A stretch of 63,995 bases of DNA, the filler included, from an uncultured Myxococcia bacterium (GTDB taxonomy: Bacteria; CAZTWC01): the NCBI GenBank assembly GCA_964617105.1. It is 14 parts of 14 records of this genome, joined end to end, with 100 filler letters (N's around TTAATTAATTAA, not from the genome) between each part and the next. Parts side by side here need not be neighbours in the genome. Positions count along the whole stretch, not along the records: positions 4,849 to 9,579 come from CAZTWC010000285.1; positions 9,680 to 14,367 come from CAZTWC010000287.1; positions 14,468 to 19,154 come from CAZTWC010000288.1; positions 19,255 to 23,838 come from CAZTWC010000289.1; 10 more parts are not named here. One strand, written 5' to 3'. Position 1 is the first letter of the stretch. Each line of letters opens with the position of its first letter. The notes under the pieces are model-generated. The model ran no database searches. It was not told where the DNA came from and saw only the letters and a program-made list of their open reading frames with translations. A program made the position numbers and the translations under genes. Below are positions 9,316 to 20,251 of the stretch, in pieces.

Positions 9316-9805
9316 AATGCCAACATAGAGAACAATATTATATTAATGTAATTGTAGATTTTTGAAAAGCTTAGTTTTTTATCTTCTCTTCCGGGAAGGG
9401 TGAGAGTTTTCCAAACTAGAAGATACCAAAACAAAATCCTGCATTAGATTATCAAAAAGATGGTCAGAGTCCAAAGAGAATGTAAGGCAAAAGCGCTGTC
9501 CCAGATGTAATCGATTAGTTTCAGTCAAGACCTATGATGTATCCAGAACAATAATAACCCGTATGGGAGAAGTGACTTANNNNNNNNNNNNNNNNNNNNN
9601 NNNNNNNNNNNNNNNNNNNNNNNTTAATTAATTAANNNNNNNNNNNNNNNNNNNNNNNNNNNNNNNNNNNNNNNNNNNNATCCATTACTTTTTTACGAAA
9701 AAACATGGTCTATTTTCCCTTTTTATGGCAAAATTTAGAGTACTTGTAGAGATTGAGCATCTATGAAGCCATGAAAAAACCGGGTAAAACCAGAGGGGGT
9801 TGACA

Positions 9806-11407
9806 ATGAAGTTAATTTCCAGACGGAAACTAACTAGTAATCCAATTGCCGCTTTCAAATCAATTGTTCTATGGATAATGTTGATTTGGCTGCTAATTCC
9901 AACATTCAGCACCCAGGCTCAACACCTGAGATATGCCGAGGACCGGGCCCCAAGTACACTAAACCCGGTGTACGCCGATGATATGTATTCCACCAGAATC
10001 ACGGAATTGATCTTTAGTCCCCTAATTGGTGTGGATAAAGAACAAAATCCCATGCCGGTTTTAGCCAACAGATTCGAAATTTCTAAGGATAGCAAACAGA
10101 TTGTAGTTTTCCTTAAAAACGGTATTAAGTGGCATGACGGACGCAATTTTACCGCAGATGACGTGATTTTTACGGTTGCCGCTATGAAACACCCGAAAAC
10201 CACAACCTCTGACAAAGCCCTGCTGATGCTAATTAAAAAGGTGGAAAAACTGGGAGAATTTGTGCTGAAATTCCATTTTACCAGGAGCCTGAGTAACCCG
10301 GCTCGCTACTTGAGTTTCAAAATTCTGCCCAAACACCTATTTGACAAGCCCTATATCAAACGGGACAATTTTTTTGGACGTAAACCAGTTGGTACTGGTC
10401 CGTTTAAATTTATCCGCTGGTATGGCAACAACAAGATCGAACTGGAAAAAAATCCCTATTATTTTGCCCCTTTATTTTTACCGGGCGTTGATTTCCAGGA
10501 GATCACCGACAAAAATATCCAAATGAACGTGCTAAAATACGGGGGCTTGGATATCATTATCCGGGTCAGGCCCAAAGATATCCCGATTTTTGAAAAAATC
10601 GACAGTACTGACCTTTTCCCCTATTCCACTCTAAGTTGGTGGTATTTAGCTTTTAATCACAAAAAGTCACCCTTTAAAAACAAATATCTTAAGAGAGCTC
10701 TGATTTTCGCGCTGGATAGAGAAAAACTTCGTGAAGCCCACCTGGGTGACGGTGATACCATCTCCGGTCCCTACTCTCCCTCCAGCCCTTTTTATAATTT
10801 CCAGGTGGAACCACGAGCATATGATCCTCAAATGGCTAAAAAACTACTGGCCAAGGCGGGATATAAACTAAAAGGTGGAGTACTGAAGAAGGGAAAGCGC
10901 CAGTTGGCTTTTACCATTACCGTTGATAAATCTCTGGCTATATATAAAAACGTCTGCCTGGATATCCAAAGTCAGTGGAACGCTCTTGGAATAAAAGTAG
11001 ATATCATCTGGATGGATACAGCAGAAGTAAAGTTAAAAGTATTCCGCCAGAAAAAATACGATATCTACCTGGATTCATGGAGTTTTGATGAACTTTCCAA
11101 TGTCTATCCACTTTTTCACTCCCAAGGTTCTCTCAACTTTATCAACTATAAAAACCGAAAAGTTGATAAACTGCTCCTGAGCAGTAAAAAAATAAGTGAC
11201 CCAGACCGGCTGCGAAGCCACTTTATGGAGTTACACTCTATTCTCCACCAGGACGTACCCTACATATTTCTCTGGTCTCTCATCGGTTATTCCGCTATCA
11301 ACCGCCGAGTCGAAAGCGTTTNNNNNNNNNNNNNNNNNNNNNNNNNNATTCATCCCTTTTATTACTTTACCTATGCGGAAGAATGGAAATTAAAAAAGCC
11401 CCAGTAG
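9806..11407 (+). CDS. ABC peptide transporter substrate-binding protein (family 5); contains an internal N gap
   Basis: TLNPV, KWHDGRNFTADDVIFT and PVGTGPFKF motifs; signal peptide. Confidence 0.92.
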   Translation: MKLISRRKLTSNPIAAFKSIVLWIMLIWLLIPTFSTQAQHLRYAEDRAPSTLNPVYADDMYSTRITELIFSPLIGVDKEQNPMPVLANRFEISKDSKQIVVFLKNGIKWHDGRNFTADDVIFTVAAMKHPKTTTSDKALLMLIKKVEKLGEFVLKFHFTRSLSNPARYLSFKILPKHLFDKPYIKRDNFFGRKPVGTGPFKFIRWYGNNKIELEKNPYYFAPLFLPGVDFQEITDKNIQMNVLKYGGLDIIIRVRPKDIPIFEKIDSTDLFPYSTLSWWYLAFNHKKSPFKNKYLKRALIFALDREKLREAHLGDGDTISGPYSPSSPFYNFQVEPRAYDPQMAKKLLAKAGYKLKGGVLKKGKRQLAFTITVDKSLAIYKNVCLDIQSQWNALGIKVDIIWMDTAEVKLKVFRQKKYDIYLDSWSFDELSNVYPLFHSQGSLNFINYKNRKVDKLLLSSKKISDPDRLRSHFMELHSILHQDVPYIFLWSLIGYSAINRRVESVXXXXXXXXXIHPFYYFTYAEEWKLKKPQ

Positions 11408-11443
11408 GGCCTGGTGCAATATAGATAGGCATTTTGCTGAAAT

Positions 11444-12397
11444 ATGGCTAACATATTAAAAAAATTATCTTTTTTTTTACTCATCCTTTTTGGTTCCAGC
11501 CTGGTTATCTTCTCGCTAATCTATATGGCTCCAGGAGATGCCACCGATATACTGATCCCCCCTGGGGTCAGCGACAAGGTCAGACAACGTTTGGCCCAAG
11601 AATTGGGTATGGACCGTAACTTCTTTCAGCAATACAGCAGTTGGGCCGGAGGTATTGTAACCCTTGATTTTGGAATTTCCAGCACCATTCGACAGGGGGA
11701 AAAAGTTAATAATCTGGTGTTGCCCGCTTTAAAGAAATCGCTGTCGCTTATTTTTATTGCCATTATCCTTTCATCCTCTATCTCTCTTATTATGGTCTAT
11801 TTTTTCCTGGCTATGGGGTTTAAAACCTGCCAAAGAGCGACCTCTTTAGGATTATACCTGCTGTCTGCCGCCCCGGTTTTTGTGCTGGGTTATTGGTGTT
11901 TATACCTGGGAAACCAAACTGTTTATGCTATGATTCAAAGAGATCTTATCAGCAGGCCGGAATGGTTCCCATTGCCTATGAACAGTAATGGTCTTTTCCC
12001 CTTTTTCTGTGCCGCTTTTATCCTGGCCCTGGGTGACGGCAATTTACTGGACTTGATACGCAATATTAAAGGCAGCCTCACTGAAATCATCAGGAAGGAA
12101 TATATTAAAGCGGCTCGAGCAAAAGGAGCAAATATTATCAAGCATATTTTACGGGCCTTTTTTCCAACCTTTTTTTCTATCGCCAGCAGTAAGATCTCTT
12201 TTCTTTTAGGTTCTGTGGTAGTTATTGAGGTTGTTTTCAACATGAGTGGGGCTGGACGCCTTTTATGGGAGGCGGCCTTAAACCGTGATTACAATGTGGT
12301 AATTGCCATAACCTTTATCTCGGCCGCTATGGTTGGGTTTTTCCAGATGATGGATGAAATTATCACCTACATTTTTGATCCGCGACTTCATAAATGA
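11444..12397 (+). CDS. ABC peptide transporter permease (OppB/DppB-like)
   Basis: APGD, LDFGIS, EYIKAARAKG, VVIEVVF...G.GRL and FDPRL motifs. Confidence 0.92.
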   Translation: MANILKKLSFFLLILFGSSLVIFSLIYMAPGDATDILIPPGVSDKVRQRLAQELGMDRNFFQQYSSWAGGIVTLDFGISSTIRQGEKVNNLVLPALKKSLSLIFIAIILSSSISLIMVYFFLAMGFKTCQRATSLGLYLLSAAPVFVLGYWCLYLGNQTVYAMIQRDLISRPEWFPLPMNSNGLFPFFCAAFILALGDGNLLDLIRNIKGSLTEIIRKEYIKAARAKGANIIKHILRAFFPTFFSIASSKISFLLGSVVVIEVVFNMSGAGRLLWEAALNRDYNVVIAITFISAAMVGFFQMMDEIITYIFDPRLHK

Positions 12398-13236
12398 AAA
12401 CTATTATTAACCTTTTTTACAACTTATTTTTAAAGCGGTGGGACCTGGTTCTCGGCCTGTTCATTTTTCTCATCCTGTGTGTTGGAAGTGTATACTCCCT
12501 ATTTTTTATGAATTACAATCCCGTGGATGAAGTCAACATGGCCATAAGTTTCTCTTCGCCATCATCCAATCACTGGCTGGGTACCGACGAGTTGGGCCGG
12601 GACATGTTGAGGAGGATTATCAAGGGGATAGATGCGTTTTTCCTGCCCGGATTGGTGGCCTGTCTGGTGGCTTTGGTGCTGGGAATACTTTTAGGGGGCT
12701 TGATAAGTTATCAGGGCGGCTATATAGAATCGGCCGGTTTTTTTCTTATCTCCCTGATAAACTGTTTTCCCCGTTTTGTGCTGATCCTGCTGATATGCTC
12801 CATATTTGACAGCCATATTTTTCTGATGGCGGTTATTATAGGACTTACTTTTGTCCCCCCCCTGTCTATCTCTATCCGCCATCTGGTACAAAAATTAAAA
12901 GAAGAAGAATTTATAGAGGCTAGCCGCGCACATGGGCTTGGACACGCCAGAATCCTTTTCTACCATATTTTATGGCTGCACTGTAAACAGGTGATAATCA
13001 GACACCTGTCATATATTTTTAGTTACATGATCCTGGTGGAAACCTGCCTTAGTTTCCTTGGCGGCTTTGGGATGGAAGAACCCTGGCCAAGTTGGGGAAA
13101 CATGCTGGCCATGGGAAAAGACTATATTTTCAGGGGAATTATCTGGCCCTCGTTAATCCCCACTTTTGCTATTATTATTACCGTTTGTGCTTTTAACCTT
13201 TTAGGTGACGCCCTGGGCAAACAAAAAAATTGGTAA
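12394..13236 (+). CDS. ABC peptide transporter permease (OppC/DppC-like)
   Basis: HWLGTDELGRD, EFIEASRAHG, PSWGNML and FNLLGDAL motifs. Confidence 0.93.
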   Translation: MKTIINLFYNLFLKRWDLVLGLFIFLILCVGSVYSLFFMNYNPVDEVNMAISFSSPSSNHWLGTDELGRDMLRRIIKGIDAFFLPGLVACLVALVLGILLGGLISYQGGYIESAGFFLISLINCFPRFVLILLICSIFDSHIFLMAVIIGLTFVPPLSISIRHLVQKLKEEEFIEASRAHGLGHARILFYHILWLHCKQVIIRHLSYIFSYMILVETCLSFLGGFGMEEPWPSWGNMLAMGKDYIFRGIIWPSLIPTFAIIITVCAFNLLGDALGKQKNW

Positions 13237-14331
13237 ATGTCGATACTGCAAATTAAAAATCTGGATGTGCACCTGGGTGACAACCTGGGGCAACATTCTA
13301 TTATCAAAGGATTGGATCTGAATATCCAAAAAGGGGAGACCTTTTGCCTGGTAGGACAGAGTGGAAGCGGTAAAACGGTTACCATGAAGTCGATTATGGG
13401 GTTAATCGACTTCAAGCCCGGAATAATCGGCGGTGAAATTTGGCTTCACCCTGAGGGGGAAGAACGGGTGAATCTTTTACAGGGACTTTCTGATAATATT
13501 GGGCAATACCAAAACATGAAAGGAGAGGTCTGTTATCAGGTTTTAAAAAAATGGAAAATAAAGAGAGCCAAGATAATGACTCCATTTTTAGGCAGGGTAT
13601 TGGGAATGATCTTTCAAAATCCCAAATCTTGTTTAAACCCATATTGGAATGTAAAAAAACATTTAATGGAGTCGCTAAAGATCTCTGGAATGGCTAAAAA
13701 GGAACGGGATAAAAACTGCCTAAAACTTCTGGAACGGATGCATATCCACCATCCCCAGGGAGTTCTTTATACTTACCCCCATCAATTAAGCGGTGGTATG
13801 GCCCAACGGGTGATGATTGCCCAGGCCATGGCTCTAAAACCGGCTCTGCTTATAGCCGATGAACCGACCACCGGCTTAGACGTAACGATACAGGCTCAAA
13901 TAGTTCAATTGTTCCTGGAATTAAAACAGCGTTATAATACCACTGTCATTTTGATCACTCACGACTTTGGCCTGGCCAATCGCCTGGCCGACCGGATCGG
14001 AGTGATGTACCAGGGACAACTGCTGGAAGTGGGTGACCGGCTGACGATTTTAACAGATAAAACCAGAAAACATCCCTACACCAAGTTTCTACTGAATTCG
14101 GTTAGACAGATGGCAGGCCCGGTAAAAGATAAGGATATCTGCCAGGCTGAAACCATACCCATGTTTCAGGGACGTGGTTGTGCTTACTATCCCAATTGTG
14201 ATCAGACCGATAGTCCTGCTTTTCAAACCAGGTGTGATTACGAACAACCAAACATGATTTCTCTTGACGAAGGCAATCACTTGATCAGGTGCTTTAATTA
14301 TGAACGTGCTAGAGGTAAACAATCTCTATAA
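13237..14331 (+). CDS. ABC peptide transporter ATPase (OppD/DppD-like)
   Basis: [27 protein letters not shown] and HPYT motifs; Cys-rich C-terminus. Confidence 0.94.
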   Translation: MSILQIKNLDVHLGDNLGQHSIIKGLDLNIQKGETFCLVGQSGSGKTVTMKSIMGLIDFKPGIIGGEIWLHPEGEERVNLLQGLSDNIGQYQNMKGEVCYQVLKKWKIKRAKIMTPFLGRVLGMIFQNPKSCLNPYWNVKKHLMESLKISGMAKKERDKNCLKLLERMHIHHPQGVLYTYPHQLSGGMAQRVMIAQAMALKPALLIADEPTTGLDVTIQAQIVQLFLELKQRYNTTVILITHDFGLANRLADRIGVMYQGQLLEVGDRLTILTDKTRKHPYTKFLLNSVRQMAGPVKDKDICQAETIPMFQGRGCAYYPNCDQTDSPAFQTRCDYEQPNMISLDEGNHLIRCFNYERARGKQSL

Positions 14332-14367
14332 ATATTTTACCAGCCAGAAAAAAGGACTGCTTTTCAT
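14300..14367 (+). CDS. second ABC ATPase (OppF-like), N-terminal fragment
   Basis: [13 protein letters not shown]..., overlapping the end of the OppD-like gene and cut by the contig end. Confidence 0.7.
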
Positions 14368-14606
14368 NNNNNNNNNNNNNNNNNNNNNNNNNNNNNNNNN
14401 NNNNNNNNNNNTTAATTAATTAANNNNNNNNNNNNNNNNNNNNNNNNNNNNNNNNNNNNNNNNNNNNCGGCTTGGCCTTGATAGTGATGTTATCCATGGC
14501 AGTCGGCCACATAAGGGCTGGCCTCGAGGTTGAAATTTGCCACATGTCGAAAGGCTCCAATCGATATCCTCTTTTCATAAATCTATGCAGATGTTATGTG
14601 TTAGTA

Positions 14607-16922
14607 ATGAATATTCTGCTTATAAATCCACCGGTTTTAACAGTTGATCCCTTCCAGACCTGCATGTATGCCGAGGCTATACCCTACGGCCTGATTAAAA
14701 TCGCCACCTGGCTAAAAAGCCAGGGAAACAATATCCTTTTTTATGACATGATGGGGTATTGGGATGATAATTTTGAAAACTCTTGCCATCCAGAACACTA
14801 TTATGGCCATAAACCAGCTGGCGATAATAGGGTAAAAGATTTTCATTTGCCGGTTTATCTTTATGGAGACAACTTTGCCAATCTGGAACAATTCCTGTCA
14901 ACCTGCCCTACCCTGGATGAAATCTATTTAACCAACTGCCTATCCTATAATTATGAAATAGCCCTTAAGATTATCGCTATCTGCAAAAACTATTTTCCAG
15001 AGGTTTTTATTCGATTTGGCGGGTTTTATCCCACCACTTTTCCGGAACATGCTGCTAAGTCGGGGGCGGATCAAATATTTTCCGGCTTTCACCAGCAATC
15101 GGAAACCATTAGTCCTGATCTTTCCATTTTGGAAGAAACTCCGTCTATTTGGATCTTTCAATTGTCAAGAGGTTGTAAATACCGGTGCTCATATTGTCTT
15201 AACTACCCTTCTAGCCGGAAGAAAGTCTATTCTGCCGAACAAGCAGTGGATGAGATTGAAGAAATTTATCAACAATATGGGATCACCACTTTTTCCAACT
15301 GGGATCCAAATGTTCTGCTCAGCATAAATACGCTAAACCAGTTCCTGGACTGCCTGCTGGAGCGGAAACTGCCCATCAGGCTTAAGTTTGAGATGGGGAT
15401 TCAGCCCAACTTGTTGACCAGAGAGTTGGCCAACAAAATGTTGCAGGCAGGATGCCGGGCTATGACAATTCCTTTTGAAAGTGCCCTCCCTTCTATGCTA
15501 AAACGTTTTGGCAAACCCTATTCGGTAGAGGCGCCCATAGAAGCCATGAGTTTTTGCAAAGAACTTGGCTTTGATACTAACCATTTTCACTGTACCTTTG
15601 TGGTGGGGATAGATGGCGAAGGATTTGAGCATATATTTTCTACCTATTTTACCATAATCAAAGCGGGAGGATGGCCTACCCCTTTTCCCCTTACCCTGAC
15701 ACCGGGCACCCGGGAGATGGAGCGTCATAAACATTACCTCTTTGGCAAGGGGCTGGATCAACTCAATGGCCATTTATGGCCTTGTTTAGGGTCAAAAGAG
15801 GAGATCCAACTGTATCAACTGATAATGAAGATTATCACCCGCCAACCAGATCGGGAACAGGAGAGATTAGTTGGCCAACTGCCCGCCAGGGTAGCGAAAA
15901 TATATGATGATTATCGCAACCATAATCATCAAAATAACACTGATATTCAACCCTTAATTCAAACCAAATATTCTGGTCAACAACAACGGCAGGAGACTCC
16001 CGGAGGAGTCTTAGCCAAATGGTTTGATTTGGCTGGTAACACTTTAAAAACACAAGGTTTTGATGATTCGCCAGACCTTAAACATTTGGAGAAATATATT
16101 GGAGAGCAGTTGGTTTTGGATCAAAAACTTTACTCATTTATATTTGAACCATCCATAAAAATGAGTGGTAATACTGCCAGTGCCTATAGGTTCTCCTATA
16201 GTTGGCCTTTTTATCAAGAACCAGAACGGCGACAACAGGCAGATAGAGCGCTAAAGCAGTTTGTTTCCTGTTTTGCAGGTGAGTTTAGAGACTATTTTGA
16301 TCAGGCAATCTCTTTGGCTAAGATGCCGGTTGTGCAGCAGATTATCTTTGGTTTTGAGTTTAGATCTCATCTTGATTTTCGGCTTAAACTCTATTTTCAA
16401 TTTGATCCCGGCCTTGAAACCGAAAAAGAAAAAATGTTGCGGGCACTTGGAATCAATCAGGCGGACAGGTTTAAGAAAATACCTCTATCTACACTGCATC
16501 TGGTGGGCATGGATTTAAAAAAAGGGGGGATTAGCGGCCTTAAGCTCTATTTTTTACAGGAGCAGATATCTCTGATTGAGTTGCCCAGCCAATCTCTGAG
16601 CCAAAATTGTTTGCTTCAGTTTTTACGCTCCAAGGGATATAAATCTCTAACCGATTTTTTAATGATCATGCGTATCAATAATCCTGATAATCCTGAACAA
16701 TATACTTGTAGAGAAATAGATTTTTCCCTTTTTAATAATGGGATAACCTTTGATTTGTTAAAGGAGTTTTTGCAAACTCAGGCCCCTGAAAGTGGTGGGG
16801 CTGAAATTTTTAATATGCAACTATTTGACCTTTTTAAATCGCAACTACCATTGCAGGAAAATCGGATTTCGATTCCAATTCAGGATATTACGGAGATGAC
16901 CATCTATTACCGGCTTTTTTAA
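14607..16922 (+). CDS. cobalamin-binding radical SAM enzyme fused to a C-terminal LynF/TruF/PatF-like (ABBA prenyltransferase-like) domain
   Basis: MNILLINPP...PYGLIKIATWL...GGFYPT (B12-binding fold); SRGCKYRCSYC; Q/N-rich linker. C-terminal FEPSIK...YRFSY...QIIFGFEFR...RLKLYF...LVGMDL...GLKLYF resembles the PatF-family repeated strands. The rSAM call is firm; the C-domain call is tentative. Confidence 0.75.
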   Translation: MNILLINPPVLTVDPFQTCMYAEAIPYGLIKIATWLKSQGNNILFYDMMGYWDDNFENSCHPEHYYGHKPAGDNRVKDFHLPVYLYGDNFANLEQFLSTCPTLDEIYLTNCLSYNYEIALKIIAICKNYFPEVFIRFGGFYPTTFPEHAAKSGADQIFSGFHQQSETISPDLSILEETPSIWIFQLSRGCKYRCSYCLNYPSSRKKVYSAEQAVDEIEEIYQQYGITTFSNWDPNVLLSINTLNQFLDCLLERKLPIRLKFEMGIQPNLLTRELANKMLQAGCRAMTIPFESALPSMLKRFGKPYSVEAPIEAMSFCKELGFDTNHFHCTFVVGIDGEGFEHIFSTYFTIIKAGGWPTPFPLTLTPGTREMERHKHYLFGKGLDQLNGHLWPCLGSKEEIQLYQLIMKIITRQPDREQERLVGQLPARVAKIYDDYRNHNHQNNTDIQPLIQTKYSGQQQRQETPGGVLAKWFDLAGNTLKTQGFDDSPDLKHLEKYIGEQLVLDQKLYSFIFEPSIKMSGNTASAYRFSYSWPFYQEPERRQQADRALKQFVSCFAGEFRDYFDQAISLAKMPVVQQIIFGFEFRSHLDFRLKLYFQFDPGLETEKEKMLRALGINQADRFKKIPLSTLHLVGMDLKKGGISGLKLYFLQEQISLIELPSQSLSQNCLLQFLRSKGYKSLTDFLMIMRINNPDNPEQYTCREIDFSLFNNGITFDLLKEFLQTQAPESGGAEIFNMQLFDLFKSQLPLQENRISIPIQDITEMTIYYRLF

Positions 16923-16924
16923 CC

Positions 16925-19154
16925 ATGAATAAAACTATTCTGATCATCAATCCTCCCCTTAAAGTAGAAAAACCCTATGTGGATAATCCGGTTTTTTCTT
17001 TCCATGTAGCATATACCTTTTATTTATCAGTTAAAAATAAGTTCCAGGATAAAGAGATAAATTTTTTAGATGCTTTTCTATTAGCACCACCCCAAAATTT
17101 AGAAAAATCGATCAAAATTGGACCATCTCCGGAAGATTTTGCCGATCAGGTAAATAACCTGAAATGGGATCTGCTAATTATTAATTTCCCCTCATTTTTT
17201 CGGGCATCACCAATAAATTTTACCTATTTTCTCCGCTTTTTTCAGGCATTGAAACCAATTGGCAGGGAGATCTATTTCAGCGATTTTTACGATACCTCAA
17301 CCCTTTATATTGATTACGAAACTCAAAATTTATCTGCAGCTTTTTCTACCTTTGGAGGTAAGCAAAAGATATTTCGGAGAGACCATATGCCGCTGGGCAT
17401 CAATTTGGTCAACCTTTTGGAGGTTGAACAAGGTGCTGGAGAGTTAGAGTCTGATTACCTGGCCTTTATTCAACAGTGTCTCTCACTGGATTTAATCAAA
17501 GATATCAAAAACATTGGCGACCATACCAGATTATTTCCCTACCTTACCTCCATTGGCTGTCCTCAAAAGTGTATTTTTTGTTCCGCCCGGGCAACTCGAT
17601 GGCAGGGAAAATCATTAGAGCAGATTAGTCGAGATGTTGAGTATTTTTCTCATCAAAAAATAGATTACCTGGTTATCCTGGACCAAAATTGCAACTATCA
17701 AAAAGCGCATTGTCTGGGGCTGCTAAAACTGCTGAAACAAAAGAGAATTAAAGCCCATTTTGCCAATGGTATCAGCCTGGCCAGTATTGATGAACAACTG
17801 GCCCAGCATTTGGCTTGTAGTGGTGATTTTCTATATATCTCTCCAGAATCAGGATCGGATAAGCAATTGAAGATATTAAAAAAACCGCTATCCAGAGAGG
17901 AGATTGAGCAAAAAATATCCCTGTTAAGTCTATCTGGGGCGAAATTGCGGGCCCACTATATACTCAATACTCCTGGGGAGGAAAAAGAGGATACCTTTCA
18001 GACTCTTGATACTGCCTGGATATGGTATTTGGAGTATGGGGTTCTACCTTTTTTTCAAAGGTTTGTTTCTCTGAAAAGTCTTAAAAAATGTGCCAGTGTC
18101 AATCAAAGTGACCAGAAAACCTCTACCAAAAATATTTTTAAACTTTTTAGCCCAGCCCATAAGTCTTCACAACCAAACTGGATTAGTGTTGCCTACAGAT
18201 GTTTTCAGCAAAAACTGCTTTTGCCAGAACACCGAAAATTGATTATCAATGTTAGTTATTGCTGCAACAACAACTGTATTTTTTGTTCTGTGGCAGACAG
18301 AGAACGGATAGATGGAAAACTGGAGCAGCAAAAAGAGCATATTGACCAGGCGGCCCAAAAAGGGATTACCAGTTTGGATATTGATGGCGGCGAACCATTG
18401 CTCTATCCCCATTTGTTTGAGTTAATCGGATATGCCAGAGCCCAGGGATTTGACCGTATCAACCTCACCACCAACGGCCGGTTACTTATATATAATAGTA
18501 TAGTAAAAAAATTGGCCTGCCAGCCGGGATTATCAGTGCTGGTTTCTCTCCATGCTGCTCAGGCAGAAGTTCACGATCAACTTACTCGAGTTAAGGGAAG
18601 TTTTGATCAGACTTTAGAAGGGTTGAAAAATGCCCAAGGTGTTATTGGCAATTTGGGGGTTAATTTTACTATCATCTCTAAGAATTATCAGCAGTTGCCA
18701 TTTTTTATCAACCTGATGCAAAAATTGGGAATAGATATTGTAAATATTCAATATTATACCCCCTTTGGCCGCAAGGAGAACCATCTGACACCCCCTGAGA
18801 AAGCCATAGATCAGGTGAAAACAGCCCTCCAAATGGCCATTAACAGCAACAAGATTAGAGTCAATCTGGTAAACTTTTTACCCTGTATGGCTCCAGAATT
18901 GGCTCAGTATATGGGGGGAGATTATTTTAAGGAATCCCGGTACATGGTGTTTGTTGATAACCGGCGGGTAAATTTGGCCCGGTTTCTGGGTGAAAAACGC
19001 TATTATGGAGAAGCCTGCGCTCAATGCGCCTATCGCTGTACCTGCCGTGGTTTTTGGGATTTTGGGGAGGCCGGACAGGATTCTGCGCCAAAAAAAGTGC
19101 GATATTTTACTGCTGAAGAAGAACAGCCTATTCAGAGGCAGGCTGCAACGGATA
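16925..19154 (+). CDS. tandem double radical SAM protein (B12-type rSAM + HxsC-like rSAM with C-terminal Cys cluster); 3' partial
   Basis: ILIINPP N-terminus; TSIGCPQKCIFC; second motif CNNNCIFC with GGEPLL, TTNGRLL and VSLH; terminal CAQCAYRCTCRG. Confidence 0.85.
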
Positions 19155-19254
19155 NNNNNNNNNNNNNNNNNNNNNNNNNNNNNNNNNNNNNNNNNNNNTT
19201 AATTAATTAANNNNNNNNNNNNNNNNNNNNNNNNNNNNNNNNNNNNNNNNNNNN

Positions 19255-20225
19255 ATTCCATGGGAAGAGCCCGACCGGGTAAAGAGTGCCCTATCAGGCC
19301 GGCCTTTCAACATGATCGCGACAAAATTATCCACTGTAAAAGTTTCCGCCGTCTCAAACATAAAACCCAAGTTTTTCTCTCTCCCGAGGGAGATCACTAC
19401 CGCACCCGCCTGACACATACCCTGGAGGTTTCTCAAATTGCCCGCACTATCGCCCGCTCCCTCTTTCTGAATGAACATTTAACTGAAGCCATTGCCATGG
19501 GACACGACCTGGGTCATACTCCTTTTGGACATGCCGGCGAAACAGTTCTAAACGAACTTTGTCCAGGCGGCTTTCAACATTGGCGACAGAGTCTCAGGGT
19601 AGTGGATAGATTGGAAAAAGATGGCAAAGGCCTCAACCTCACTTATGAAGTAAGGGATGGGATATTCAAACACTCAAAAGGAAAAGGTGACTTATTTAGT
19701 TCTGACCCACAATATCAACCCCACACCCTGGAGGGCCAGGTTGTCCGGCTCTCAGATATTATCGCCTATGTAAATCATGACCTGGACGATGCCACCAGAG
19801 CCGGTGTAATTTCGGCAGACAACATACCCACCTCTATCTCGGCAATTCTGGGCACCACCTATTCTAAACGCTTAAACACCATGATCATTGATGTTATCCA
19901 CTCGAGCCTGGATTGCGAATTAAAACGGATATCTATGGGCGACCAGGTACACCAGGCTATTCTGGAATTGCGAACTTTTCTCTACGATAATCTCTACGAC
20001 AACTTGGCCGTACACGGAGATTTTATCAAGGCCAAAAAAATTCTAAAAGAGTTGTGGGAGTATATTATCGATAAGCCGCAAAATTATTTTCCGGAAACAA
20101 AGTTGCCGGATGTAGATGATAAAGCCTTGAGCCAACTGACCACCGATTTTATTGCCGGTATGACCGACCGCTATGCCCTAAACCTATACAACCAGATTTT
20201 TATGCCCTCCCCCTGGATAGGATAA
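19255..20225 (+). CDS. dgt: deoxyguanosinetriphosphate triphosphohydrolase (HD family); 5' partial
   Basis: FQHDRDKIIH..SFRRLKHKTQVF, RTRLTHTLEV, HDLGHTPFGHAGE and DFIAGMTDRYA motifs. Confidence 0.95.
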
Positions 20226-20251
20226 CGGTGAAGTGATAGAGGTGGTTATTA

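Noticed and set aside
14468-14578. Short minus-strand frame MKRGYRLEPFDMWQ... as the RiPP precursor
   Set aside because: It is cut by the contig end, divergent from the enzymes and shows no recognisable leader or core pattern.
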